DNA of 36,178 nucleotides from Seison nebaliae (taxonomy: Eukaryota): assembly GCA_023231475.1 (NCBI GenBank), contig JALJEE010000702.1:1-36178 (forward strand), read 5' to 3'. The translations under genes were made by a program, and so were the position numbers. The notes beneath the pieces are model-generated. The model saw nothing but the letters and a program-made list of their open reading frames with translations, was not told where the DNA came from and did not search any database. Of the stretch, positions 23,016 to 36,178 are shown in pieces; position 1 is the first letter of the stretch, and every line of letters starts with the position of its first letter.

Positions 23016-26000
23016 AGAAGAAGAAGAACAAACGGATAATAATCATATGAATTTCGTGTCATCATCATCTATAACTGGAACGACATCTGATTCCATCATC
23101 TCTCAAAAACAAAAAAGTCGAAACGGATTGATTGGTCGTCATAAATGGATCAATTCATCGAATGATGAAAATGATTCAATGACGAAGAAAGATGCAATTC
23201 AAATGTATTCTTCATTATCCTCTCTCAATCGCATTGAGGATAGTTGTGCAGAACGAATTGATAATGGTGATCATCGACAAATACAAATAGAAAATGGAAC
23301 TGATTGTCCTCAAGTTATTGATGATCGTGACGATATGGAAGATGTATCGAAAATGGATTTAGATCAAATGAATCTTCATCATTCATCCTCATTAGATCAT
23401 GAGGGAGTGAATGGATTGAATGAACAAAGTTTATTAATTTCCATTTTTTTTTGTATTTTCAAATATCATCTCTTTAATTCAAATAGATATGTGGTCTGAT
23501 TGTAACATGAATACTGGTGCGAGACATTATCTTAATGGTTCTACTTCATCAGAGATCTCGTCTTATCATTACGATAATTATGTTTCAGAATCACAACGAA
23601 TATTCCTTCCATCACCAACTCGATCTAATCTTCAAGAGATTGTACTTCGACTACAATCCGAATCGATTAACAATCGAAAAGATGATATTTCTGTTGTCAT
23701 CTCTGAAATGAATTACATTCCAAAACTGATCAATTTGTTCCATGAGGCGGAGAAGTCCAATTCCATCGAAACTTTAGAACGATTATATTTGGTCATTCGT
23801 TCCATGTTCTCATTGAATCATGAGCCAATCATCAAAAGTTTGTTGAATGATTCGACAATTATGGGAATTATGGGAATGTTGGAATATGATCCTCATCGTC
23901 TCACTCAGTTATTTCATCGGAAAATATTGATGGATCAGAGTCATTTCAAAAATATTTTCGAACTTGATGATAATGATCTCAAAATGAAGATTATCAGTAA
24001 TCATCAATTACAATATCTCATCAATGTTTGTTTGCCAAATATGGTGGAAGATAATATTCCAACTACCAGTTGTTTATTAAAAATTCTCAATGAAACCAAA
24101 TCGTCGATAGCGAATGCATTGGAAGTTAAAAACGTAATTTTTTCCCTTAACATTATTTTAACTGTTGTAAATTCTTTTAATTTTTTCAATTATTTATTTT
24201 AGAATGATTTGAAATTTATGAAGCAATTATTCCGTCAATTGAATAAGAATATTTCAAATAATAATGATCAAGTAGAAACGATCAATCGACGACGAGAATT
24301 GTGTCGTTTCTTGAAAGAATTTTTACATCTTGCTACTCATATGTCCGATACTGGCAAAGAGATATTTATGAGGAAAGTGGAATTATTAAATATTTACGAT
24401 ACAATTCATTCATTATTGTTGAATGATGACAATGTGGTGAGATGGTTGGCTGTTGAAATTTGCACGTTGACTATCGAACTCTGTCCAAAAATGTTTCTCG
24501 AACATCTAGCCTGTATGAAATCAGCCATCAATAGAAGTGCAAATACCGATGAACATATTTCTGATGTGATTGTTAATAATCGTCAACCTCATTACCATCA
24601 GAATAGTGTTAATCGAATTATGAATCATAACAATGTCGATGAAGAGATGGAAATGGAGAATCATATAGAGAATCGTAATTCAATTCCAAATAATGAAGAT
24701 GATGACGAAATTGAAGATGATGATGATGATGATTCGAATGAAACATTAATCTCATTACTCATCAATGAATTGGAACATGATCCCGATCCGTATTTTAGTG
24801 GAGCTCAAAATATTTTCATTCTATTTCGTCGTTTGTGGGACAGTGAAATTCCAATGAATAATGTTCGTTTTATTAATAATCATTTTGATAATTCATGAAA
24901 TAATTTTTTTAAGAATGCAGAAAAGTTGAATCCAGTTCTTGAATATTTTTATGATCAATCCATTTCCGTATTGATCGCACCAATCTTCGCTAATATTTCC
25001 AATGGGAAAGTTGAGAAACGTTTGACATTTATTCTTTCTTCAATTATAATTCGTTTTCTTTTACAGAAACTTTTCGGAAAGCTCAATATGCTTATATTCT
25101 TCTGGAAATGTTGACATATATCACATCCATGCATTTCCCATACGTCAGTGAGTTCTTTTTCGAGAAGAATGTGATTGAACGAATTCTTTGTTTGTTGGAT
25201 TCCAATCATGAATATCTACAAATATGTTACTTTTACTACTATTTATTATCTATTTATTTATTTTATCAATTTTATCAGCTGTTATTCGATTCTTCAGTAA
25301 TTGTTTACATGTAAAGAATGTGGCATTTCTCCGATATCTTCTGGATACTCGATGTGAAAATATTGAGAAAATCCTCAAAGTTTATATTGCACGAGGAGCG
25401 AATAAGAATGATATGTTTAATTCATGCATCTTAAGTCTCTTTTATCGAATCAGTCAAGTTAAATTTAAAATAAATTTTATCGTATAAAAAATTTGAATTT
25501 TGTTTAGTGTACGAAATTATTGCGACGAATGTGTCGAACATTAATCTCGAAAATGCATCGAATAATCAGAACGCTTGACGAAAATGAAGAATTTGATTGT
25601 TTTATATTAATGATCGATTGGAATATTCTCCTAGATATCAGATACACTAGTTTGTTTAAAGAGATCACTCACGTCATCGTATCATCGATTGAGAAACGGT
25701 ATGGTGATCGTTTTAGTGAAACAGCATTAATAACATTGAGGAATTTGAGAAGAATCATCAGAAATATTTCTTCGAATATCACAAAAAATTATTTGTTGAA
25801 ATCCGACTTCTCTTTCAATGGCAATGCGATTAATGGAGGGACGGAAATGATGGCACGATATCAGAATGCTGAATCGGAATCACAATATTTCGGGACGGAT
25901 AATGTTGGCAGTGATGATGATGAAGATGATGAAGAAAATGAAGAAGAAGTTGATAATACTTATCCCAAATACGATGCTGAAACGACAGAATTATTAAAAA

Positions 26001-27097
26001 GTCGAGGAGGATTAATGATGAATAGTCAGGAATTAAATGAGAAGAAAAATCAATTGGCAAATTTGAGAAATAATATGAGGAATGTTGAAGAATATCCGGC
26101 TAGTCCGTACGATGTTCAAACGATGATGTTAACTGACAATGGACTAAAAACTCGTCATATTGATGAGATAGATGATGATAATGTATTTCCGGAAGAACGT
26201 AACAATTTTACAGGATCAACTCATCATAACAGTTTCCTTATAAATAATTTGAATTCAGTTCCAAGAATGAATCGAAAGAAGAATTCTTATCGCAATAAGA
26301 GACCTTATGCAAATGATGATGATACAAATGAAAATCATGATGAACATGATCAAGAAGAAATTGATAATGAAATGGACGAAGGTAAAACATTAAACAATTC
26401 ATGGAAGAAGTATAACAGTCGAAATGTAAATTATGATCAGAATGAAAATCGTCCGAAAGGAAAGAAGCGATTGGCAGCCCAACGGAAATTGACATTGAAA
26501 TTTTCAAGGAAAGATCTCGACGGAAATAACGATGGAAATTTTCTTGAGAATTTTAATGAGAATGATTTGGATGAGAATAATCCTGACGAGAACAAACCGA
26601 CAACGAGCACTTCATTTAAATCGAACTCGGTAAACAGTTTACGATTTGGATTATCTTCCATCATTAACGATGATCATGAGAATCACGAAACGAAGACATT
26701 CGTTAAATCCTTCAATTCTCACGAACCAGAAGAACGAAAAAAAATAAAATTATCAGCTTTCTCATTAATTAGTTCAGATAAGAAGAAAATTAATTCAGCG
26801 CCCAAAGTAACAAATATTCGACAATTCAACAACAATACATCTTTGAATGACGAAGAGAATGTGAAGGAGGAGGAGGAGGAAGAGGAAGAAGAGAATAAGA
26901 AGGAACATGTTGAAGAACATTCAAAAATAACATCATATTCTCGTCATCACGAAGATGAGCGACATTCCTTGCAATCATATTTTACACAATATAGTTCACC
27001 AAATGGTAATGAATCTGATGAAGAACAAGATGAGACAAGAGACGTAGTTGTTGAAGGGAGAGAGGAGGTAGTAACGACAATAACTGATAATGAATGA
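22159..27097 (+). CDS. PPP4R3: Serine/threonine phosphatase 4 regulatory subunit 3 (SMEK/Falafel/Psy2), expanded with acidic/Asn-rich inserts
   Basis: SMK-1 domain YIPKLINLFHEAE..LERLYLVIRSMFSLN..IMGMLEYDP, and LLEMLTYITSMH..ERILCLLDSNHEYLQISVIRFF. Introns: 23429-23486, 24125-24202, 24863-24913, 25020-25066, 25226-25278, 25458-25507, possibly 25599-25634. Confidence 0.87.
22971..23027 (+). repeat. (GAR)n coding repeat encoding a poly-Glu tract
   Basis: gaagaagaa...gaggaagaa in the first coding exon of PPP4R3. Confidence 0.85.
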
Positions 27098-27875
27098 CTG
27101 TAGTGATCGAACAATAAATTCCACAATCACAAAAATGAATAATAATCTCGGTGCTTTTAGATTAATTTAATGAAGAAATTTTTGAAATTTCTTCTCAATG
27201 AAAAAGGAAAATCGTTCGGATTTTTGTGCATTTCCACTGCGATTATTTGGAATATTACAATGATCTCTTATATATCATCTATAAAATGAACATTGTACAA
27301 TTCATAAGAAATAAATAAATTATTGTAAAAATTTTCTAATATCTCCCTCAATGTATGGTTCTGTTTACCATGAAAAGATTTGATTGATTGATCTATCATC
27401 ATGATCATCTCCCAATTTTACATTATCAATTTTCTCTTTTCAACCCGTTTCTCAGTTTTCTTTATTATTCCTTTTATACCACATCCAAAACGATTCGGAA
27501 TGATTATTAATTTTTTATCATTCGGAAAAATTATCAATACTTGCCAGATAATGTAAATTCGCCCGATTTGCAACTATTATAAGAAATACGAACAATCCAT
27601 CAATTTCTCTTTATTCGCCAAATGATCATTAGGGAAATCCATCAAATTCCTTTCTTAAACCGTTTGAATAGTAGTTCGTTAATCGTCTGATTGAAATTAC
27701 ATCAATTTTCCATCTCCCACAAAAAAATTTAATTTTTTATATTTTTCTAATCAGTTTTCCTTTATATTATATATTCTCTCTTCCTTTTCTATATATTTTG
27801 AGATTTCGTTTAATTAAAATTAAGTTAACATTGAATCGTTGTAATAAACTCGAATGTTCCATCAACTCTATGGGG

Positions 27876-27988
27876 GACAGACAATTTGGAGACCATAGAC
27901 TCTCTATGTCATAGAGGATATAGTCTATACAACATTTACAATATAGATAGTGTGTTTTAGGTATTAGGGAGTCTCCGAATTGTCTCTC
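27876..27988. other. Nested inverted-repeat element (MITE-like or structured RNA) between convergent PPP4R3 and FAR-like genes
   Basis: Outer 15-bp stem agacaatttggagac (27879-27893) / gtctccgaattgtct (27971-27985) with one G-U pair; inner stems atagact/agtctat and ctctatg/catagag. Confidence 0.6.
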
Positions 27989-28664
27989 GTTCCAATTCTA
28001 TACATCGATTTACAATTTCTTTCAGCGTAATCAGGAAATGTTGAATAATTTAAAATGTTTTTGTTTAATGAAAAATTGTTTGGTCATCAGTTTACTGAAA
28101 TCATAAAAAAGTTGAAGCAATTTTCAATAAAAATTATTTGTTAAGAATAAAATCTAAATTGGAATTAGAAATCGATAGAAATAATGGAAAATAAGAAATA
28201 ATTAAAAAGAAGAGAGAACATTGACTAATTGTGGAGTAAGTTGAAGCAAGTTGATCAGAGTAGAAGATTTGTCAATGAAATGATTGATCTATACTGAATT
28301 TAAGATGGAAGGAAAAAGAGGGGTAATATATACTCGTTTATTTGTTCATACTTTTTGTGTAGATGAAGAAATACGAAAAATGATTGTGGGTGTCGGAAAA
28401 TATATGTGAATAATTAAGGATGACAATTAAAGTCAATAAATAGTCAATGAAATTGAGAATGATCATGATTGTATGAAAAAAAAAAGAAAGTAGAACGGAG
28501 TGTTTTAGAAAAGAAAACGAATTATTCATTCGAAAGATGAATAATGTGAATATTTAGCGATTTATTTCTGAACAGTAAGAAGAAAAGAAAAGAAAAGAAT
28601 AGATGACGTGTAAGAGAGGAAGGAGTGTATATGAAGAAGACGAATAATAATAAAATTGAACAAA

Positions 28665-31022
28665 TTATTGATTTTGGATGGTAGCTGTTAACTTGAAGAA
28701 GCGAACGAATTTTACGACAAGATTCATGATGAAATACCAAGAATTGACAGCCAATGATGATTTCGCAATAAAATATCTCCAGATGAATACAGCCAATATT
28801 AAATTTGAGCACCAACGTATAATTTGTAAACTATTTGTTTAGGGATGATGAATGAAAAGGAAGTTGAAGAGGAAATGGAAAGGAACTTTCTTAAATGACG
28901 TCTTGCATTTGGTATATCACCCATCTTCTCATGCAAAAGACAAACTTTCGTTGCAATGACATACGAGGAAAGAAATGATTCTTTTGTAACGAATTTATCT
29001 GTCACTTGAATGTTGTAGAACTAATGGTTAGGAATGAGAGAGAGAGAGAGAGAGAGATAGAGTATAAGAATTCGAATGATATTTCATAAAATAAGAACTA
29101 ACACACTGATCGATGTCGGATAAAGTTCGAATGATTTTCAAATGATTCGATGTAAATGATTCGTTGAGTTCAATGTCATTTTCCATTTCTTCGAAATGAT
29201 CATTCGAATTCGTTCCACTTTCATTAGGTGTTCCTGTTGTTCCTGTATTGGCATTTCCTGTATTATTCGCTTTCTTTTTCTTCTCGTCACATTGTTCATT
29301 AGTGAGATGTAACATGTTCCATATGAGTCTCCTAATCATCGACGCATAAAAAGATGCCAATGTGGTAAATGGTGAGACGATGAATTCATGTGCATCAAAC
29401 ATCGTTAACATATTCGGATAGATATCTTGATATGTCGATATGGCATTGGCAGGACGTCGTCTAGCCGCTTGCCACATGTCATGCAAGACGGCGGGAATGA
29501 TACATGAAATAATAAAAGAAGGTCGTTGTCCAAACATTTGAGGAGCGGAACTCGATGTTGACATGTTTGGACGTCGAAAGGCATGTTCCAATGGAATCTT
29601 CTTTGTTATACGAGTCACCATATCTATAGAGGAGACTATTTGAAATAAAAAGAAATGAAATGACCAAACCAAGATTATTCCATAAAAATGGATTTTTATT
29701 ACCGATAGTTGATTGTAGAATGAATGGTCTACCATCTTCCAATTCTTCACTTCTCTTATCCACATAATATAAAGAGACCAATGTCAAATTGGCAACAATA
29801 TCAGCCGGTGTCACATCCATCAATATGTTATGGATATCGATCTTTCTCTCACAATTCGATACCATACTTCTCAAAAATCCTCGACCAGTCTAGAAATAAA
29901 TGATATGAGAATGAAAAAGATAAAAAAGAAATTAACTGCAATTATTAATTGACTTGGTCTATTAAACTTTTCAATATAACCGTCGTACGGTTCCTGAATA
30001 GTTGATCCTAATGTCGGTAATCGAATGAGCACATGTTTAACTGATCTCTCATTCACATCAGAAGAATTGAGATGATGATATAAATATTGTTCGCTAAACC
30101 ACTTGGTTATATGATGCATCAGATCACTCATATGATAACAAGAAGTCTTTTTACTTCCCAATAATTTCATAATATATGATTTTCCCATTCGATCTAACAT
30201 TTCATTCGACATCCAATTCAATATTCCAGTTAATCGTTTTACTGGAAGGAATGTTGCTGATAATAACAATTCTTCATTTCCTTTCTCATCCATATCTTTC
30301 TTCTCATCCGATTGTGGATTGTTCGAGAATTTTTTCTCATCCATTAATGATCGAAATAATTTGAGAGAAATTAACGAAGTAAAATGTACGATACTTTTTA
30401 ACGAATTCATTCTTTTCGACAATTTTAATAAATTCTCATAGACGAGACAATTGATCAAAAGATTCTGACGAAAACTACCACATGCCGTCTCTGCTGCAGC
30501 ATGAATAATCAATTCGATCGAATACAATTCGATATGTTTCAATAATGAATTATTATTCAATTCATTTTCATTTTTTATGACTGATTTTAACCATGGTTCT
30601 GAGCGACTACTCATCAACTCGCCACCTCCAACTTCAGGAGAACTCATAACATATTCATCTCTCGTCTTCAAATTGCGTAGATCGAACGATACAATTCGAA
30701 TATTTTCATAAATACTCTTCTTTCCTTTCTTCTTATTCACATCATCATATTTATTGAGCAAATTGAAAATTTCGTGAGTCTTCAATTCCTCAAATCGCTC
30801 ATTTGCCGTCAAATTGTTTTTGTTCCGTATCACGAGATGAATGATTGGATATCTATCATATTTCACACATTTAACTAATAGTTGATTGAGAATTAATTTC
30901 CCCAAATAACCGGTGGCACCGGTCAGAAGAATGTGAGACGAAGAGAAGAAACTCCGCACCAATGATTCATTTAACGGATCGGTATATTGGCAACCCTTGT
31001 CTTTATCGAGGTCAGGATGCAT
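28665..31022 (-). CDS. Fatty acyl-CoA reductase-like protein (NAD-binding/male-sterility family), possibly catalytically altered
   Basis: LLTGATGYLGK, IIHAAA, EPYDGYIE, DVTPADIVAN, and a FAR1-like C-terminal membrane segment ARRHLRNLQIIRWCSNLILAVFIWRYFIAKS. Introns: 29890-29936, 29624 (or 29636)-29669, 29021-29102, 28831-28886. Confidence 0.85.
29036..29057. repeat. (GA)n microsatellite inside FAR-like intron 3
   Basis: gagagagagagagagagagaga. Confidence 0.85.
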
Positions 31023-31564
31023 CAATCAAAACAATGGAACGACCAAAATATCGTCTCGTATTATCCGTCGATATTGACACTTTCAATCTATCCGTCTGAC
31101 TTTCTCTTTCACAATCTATCTGTCTCTTTTCAAGTCGAATAAAGATTAGCTTCACTGAAGATGTTACATATAAATTATCGCTACGTAATGATATTTGTAG
31201 GAATAGTATTGATGTTCATATGTGTTTGCAAACGAAATGGAAACGTTCTGATATTCGTTAAAGAAAATACAAAAATGGTTTGTTCATTTTTAAAAGATCA
31301 ATAAATTATTTTTGGTAGTTCATTGAAAATTTTAATTGGAAAGAAGAAAAAAATTCATTATTTCTTTTCTCTTCCTTTATCCTTTATACATCAACAACAC
31401 GAACGATATAAGAAAGATGATCACTTATACATCGAACGTCAATCATCACCCTCATCATCATCATTTATATCGTTGTATCCAACAAATTATGGTGCGTAGG
31501 GAAATCGAAAAATAATTTCTCTTAATAATAATTCCTTTCCAATGGGATTATGAATGACACAACT

Positions 31565-31638
31565 TACACACACACATATTTACCCATACATACACATACA
31601 TACACATTCATACACACACATACACGCACATTAACACA
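31565..31638. repeat. Degenerate (CA/TACA)n microsatellite
   Basis: tacacacacacatatttacccatacatacacatacatacacattcatacacacacatacacgcac. Confidence 0.75.
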
Positions 31639-33621
31639 TGAATGCACATTGGTCGTATAGAGAGAGGGAGATGGAGACTGGAAGAGAGAAATATTATATA
31701 TTTCCTTTTCTAAAGAAATACAAAGAATTATATATTTATATATAATTCTTTCTATATATATATCATTCATATCATATATGCCATACATTATGATTACATA
31801 TCATATATGGAATACTTGTAATAAATTTCGGATTATGTAAAATCGAATCATATCACTTCAAATTTCTTTATTTACATTATATTTCCCTCAATTTTATTTT
31901 AACAAAAGAAATTATAAAGATAAATAAATAGATATATTTATTCTTTACCCACTTTCTTCAACTGTACTTTCATGCATTAAATGTCAATTCTTTTTTAAAT
32001 GGCAAAAGTGAAAAGATTATTATTTGTTTTTTTTTTCTTCCCAAAATCAATTCCACCTTATAGCGATGTATTTATGTTCCCTAAATAAATAACTTGAAAC
32101 TAAATAATAATTGTATTGATGTGAAATGGAGATTAAGAAAACAGGAATAAATTAAATGAATTTCCTCTTGAATGAAAATTAATGGAAATTAACTATTCTA
32201 TTTAAGCATTTTCCAGTTGGGAGGAGTGCATGCACTTGGATGTAGTGTAAAAGTCAGATCTTGTTCACATAATTAACGGATGTTGAATAAGAAATAGCAT
32301 TTTTTTAAGAAGAGTTATCTTATCAAATATAATTCACTTTCTCTTTTGGAATTGAGAACGGGAAAAAAAATAAAAGTCGTGTTGGCACCATCTCAACATT
32401 GTGTCAATATTTCTCTTTGGTAATTATCTTTCAATTCAGTTATATAGCAATTTTCCGTCGATTTCCATTACAATAACGTATCGAACAATAATGAGTTTGA
32501 TTCAGCCAATTTGAAGATTCAACTCAATAAAATATGTACAGAGCCGGACATTCTATTTATCTATGAAGTGGCAAATGTTTATGAATAACATCCGTTAAAT
32601 TCCTAATCATTTCCAAACATGTTGATCGTCCATGTCTCCACTTTGTTACAATTTGTTTCAAATTACAATTTTAATAGTTTATTATCAAGGTCATTCTCGT
32701 ATGATAATTTCTCCTAATTGTCCAATTAACAAATGTGTCATTAATATTAATCAACTGATCAAATTAGTTATATGTCCAATTAAGAAAGATTTTCTAACAA
32801 TGCCAAACTGTTGAAAAAACTGAGGAACTAACTAATAAACATATGTCCATCCTACTAACTTGTTAATGAAAAGATAAATAGTTAAATAAATAAGTAAATT
32901 TTGAATGTCAATTTCCTGCCACATCTCTGGCACTGTACAAATGGATAAACTAACAAATTTCACAGATATCTATGTAGAAGCATGCCAAGGATTACGTGTT
33001 CGTATGTGAATGATTCATCGATTTCTTTCACATGAGAAGCTTAAAATTTAAAACGTGAAAAATTACAGAGATGGAAATTTATTGAGAATAAGACCAATCA
33101 AAGAATTTTACGTTAGAATAGTGTTGTTGTTGTTAAATATTCGAAAAGGATTTGATGTCATTTTCTTTTGTACTTTCAACTGAAACTTCAAGATTTACAT
33201 ATGTTCTTGTTGATAGATTTATTTGCATTTTCTTATGTCGCCTTTTGTTGTCAAACTGAATATTTATATGTTCTGTCCTTATTCAATTGTCTCTTCAATA
33301 TTTTGGATATATATTTGTCCTGTTGAATCATAAGGATTAAAGTATATGTTGGGCGTATTATCCAGTTATAATCTCCACATTTCGATTACTTTTCCTCTTT
33401 TCACATTTTACTCTTCCAGTACTTACTTGTTTGGCTCTTGTCGAATTGAAAATATAGAGGACATTAATTTTCAATTAATTATAAAACTATTTTCGACACG
33501 TTTCATTCAAATACGTTTACAAAATTTTTGTTTAATTTTCTCTTCCATATAGACAAATTTTAAGATAACGGAGGAGAATCTTCAGTCACATACAAATACT
33601 TCGAATAACAATCGCGTAGCA

Positions 33622-34530
<909 letters not shown>

Positions 34531-34929
34531 AATTAGAAGAGATTATTATTATTTCACTAGAAATTAAAAGTGAATTTTATAATCCTTTCCTAAATTATTC
34601 TTTCGAAACTCGCAACAATATAATCAATGAAACCGAGTTAAAGAAAATGATAGATTACGTGATTGTGAACAAACAATTAATAATGTTTATAAATTAATTT
34701 ATGAAAAATTTAAATCTTCCTCATCATATCATAACATAATAATTCTTCATTTTTATTGGTTTCTTGGTTTTATGCCGCTCATTTTTTTCAGATCTTTTCT
34801 CAACTATTAGTCGATCCATTATTCGTTGCGTTTAAATTCATTTTTGGAATATTGAAAATTCCACAATATTTCCATGCCAATATGTTGTCATCAAAATAAT
34901 TTAACATAGTATATGTACGTTGTCCATCT

Positions 34930-35340
34930 ATTACATGTCTATCGTCAGTAGAATGTTTAAGTGGAGTCCACAATGAAATCGTCCGATAAGATTTAACTCG
35001 ATTTTACAATTAATTTTATCTGTTAAATTTTTTTTGAATTCAAATTCTGATTTTTTTTCCTTAAACATGATTTTTCAATTACACAACTGCGAGATGATGA
35101 ATTATATATCTAAAAATGTTTTTTATTAGGGTTTATAAGTATAATTATTTGAAAGAGTTACCAACTTCATGACAACTTAAATGGGGATAATGCAAATTTA
35201 CAGATATCAAAGAAAGCGTGATTTTGATTGATGCATAAAATTGATGTGATTTCAACGATGGTCCGTTTTGCCCATATCAATAATTCTCATCTTTTTTTAG
35301 AGGGTTCTCTTTAGTAATCGTTACTTCGTTTATCAGCCAT
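34930..35340 (-). pseudogene. Possible decayed spliced gene fragment next to the retrotransposon
   Basis: Two intron-like segments (35110-35165 GTTGGT..TAG; 35020-35066 GTTTAA..CAG) join short frames (..HYPHLSCHE|IYNSSSRSCVIEKS|YKINCKIEL..), but in-frame stops flank them and I recognise no homology. Confidence 0.2.
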
Positions 35341-35374
35341 TATATTTAATTTTTATTTTCTTAAAGAAATCATC

Positions 35375-35714
35375 TTTTTTTTTTTTTAAATTATAAAATA
35401 AATAACCCTCGGGGTAAATTAAAAAGAAAATGAGATAGATCACTGTTCAAATTGTCAGTGATAAGTTTTCTTCCAATGACGATTTCATCTCGTAAATATT
35501 CCGGAATATGAGAAGTAATGTCGAAGTTAGAAGAAATGTAAAGAGCTTCATCGAAAGATTCAGGAACACCAATCGAATAATAAGAACAAAAGAAGATAAC
35601 CGGATTGAAAAAATGTTTACACTGGAGAAAAGATGGAAATGATAAATCAGATTCCTCGATAGACTGAATTTTTTTCAAACATCTTTGAACAATGAGAAGA
35701 CTAAAGAGTTTCAA
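35375..35714 (-). mobile_element. Probable poly(A)-tailed 3' end of a non-LTR retrotransposon ORF
   Basis: A 107-codon open frame ends in TAA (35391-35393), followed after 3 nt by A13 (T-run 35375-35387), and abuts the RT fragment. Confidence 0.45.
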
Positions 35715-36178
35715 TCCACAGATATTTTTGATAATAAGATTGATATATTTACAAAACTTTGCTCTGCTAATATATTTTCAAGAAAAATTAGGTCCATCCG
35801 ATATTGTGAGAAATTTAAAGCCACCGAAGCTCGTCAATTTTTTCTTTACATTTTTCCTTTTCTTCTAGAACATCATATAGATCCTCTTTTTTTCCGACAT
35901 ACAATGCTCTTGATCAAAGCTATTAGAATTTTAAGTAATTTTTTAGATATGATTCCATGTAAGTCTCACGGCTTCTACAACTGGTGCACTAGTATTATCA
36001 TTGGGTTAACGGACTCGGAGTTGAACCTGATCCTCTTCTTCATAAACAGTGCTTTTATGGGAGAAGTGAACTACGGCAATTTTCGTACATTCTTAGTCGT
36101 TCCGATTATAAAAAGTTCTTCTTCAAATCCAAATTTTCCAGAATCATACCGTCCTATCTGTGTGTCTAGCTGTCTAGT
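35646..36178 (+). mobile_element. Non-LTR (LINE) retrotransposon ORF2 fragment, start of the reverse transcriptase region, runs off the window
   Basis: Open frame ..KSHGFYNW..LILFFINSAFMGEV..FRTFLVVPIIK..PESYRPICVSSCL matches the non-LTR pre-RT signature (KxxGxDG..LxxLFN..WKxAxVVPIxK..NYRPISL). Confidence 0.82.

Noticed and set aside
32200..33470. Possible decayed gene on the minus strand upstream of Rab1
   Set aside because: Many stops in the frames examined, no consistent GTT-AG model and no recognisable domain.

Overview
AT-rich, compact eukaryotic (metazoan) genomic window with short introns (42-82 nt) read in the standard genetic code. In order it holds: a GGTTAAC minisatellite, tRNA-Phe(GAA), a divergent USP-like deubiquitinase with an intronless CDS (-), IQCD/DRC10 (+, with an RFX X-box), a Src-family tyrosine kinase (-), a TBATA/SPATIAL-family gene (-), a DDX3/PL10 helicase (-), PPP4R3/SMEK (+), a fatty acyl-CoA reductase-like gene (-), Rab1 (+) and a non-LTR retrotransposon fragment at the right edge. 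The main signal is splicing. All 38 coding introns I reconstructed by hand in seven genes begin with GTT, never the usual GTA/GTG, and +5G (12/38) and exonic -1G (10/38) are weak. This includes Rab1 introns at ancestral positions, which points to a genome-wide re-specified 5' splice-site code and possibly altered U1/U6 recognition. Gene models are manual, with no RNA evidence, and family calls rest on remembered motifs rather than database searches.
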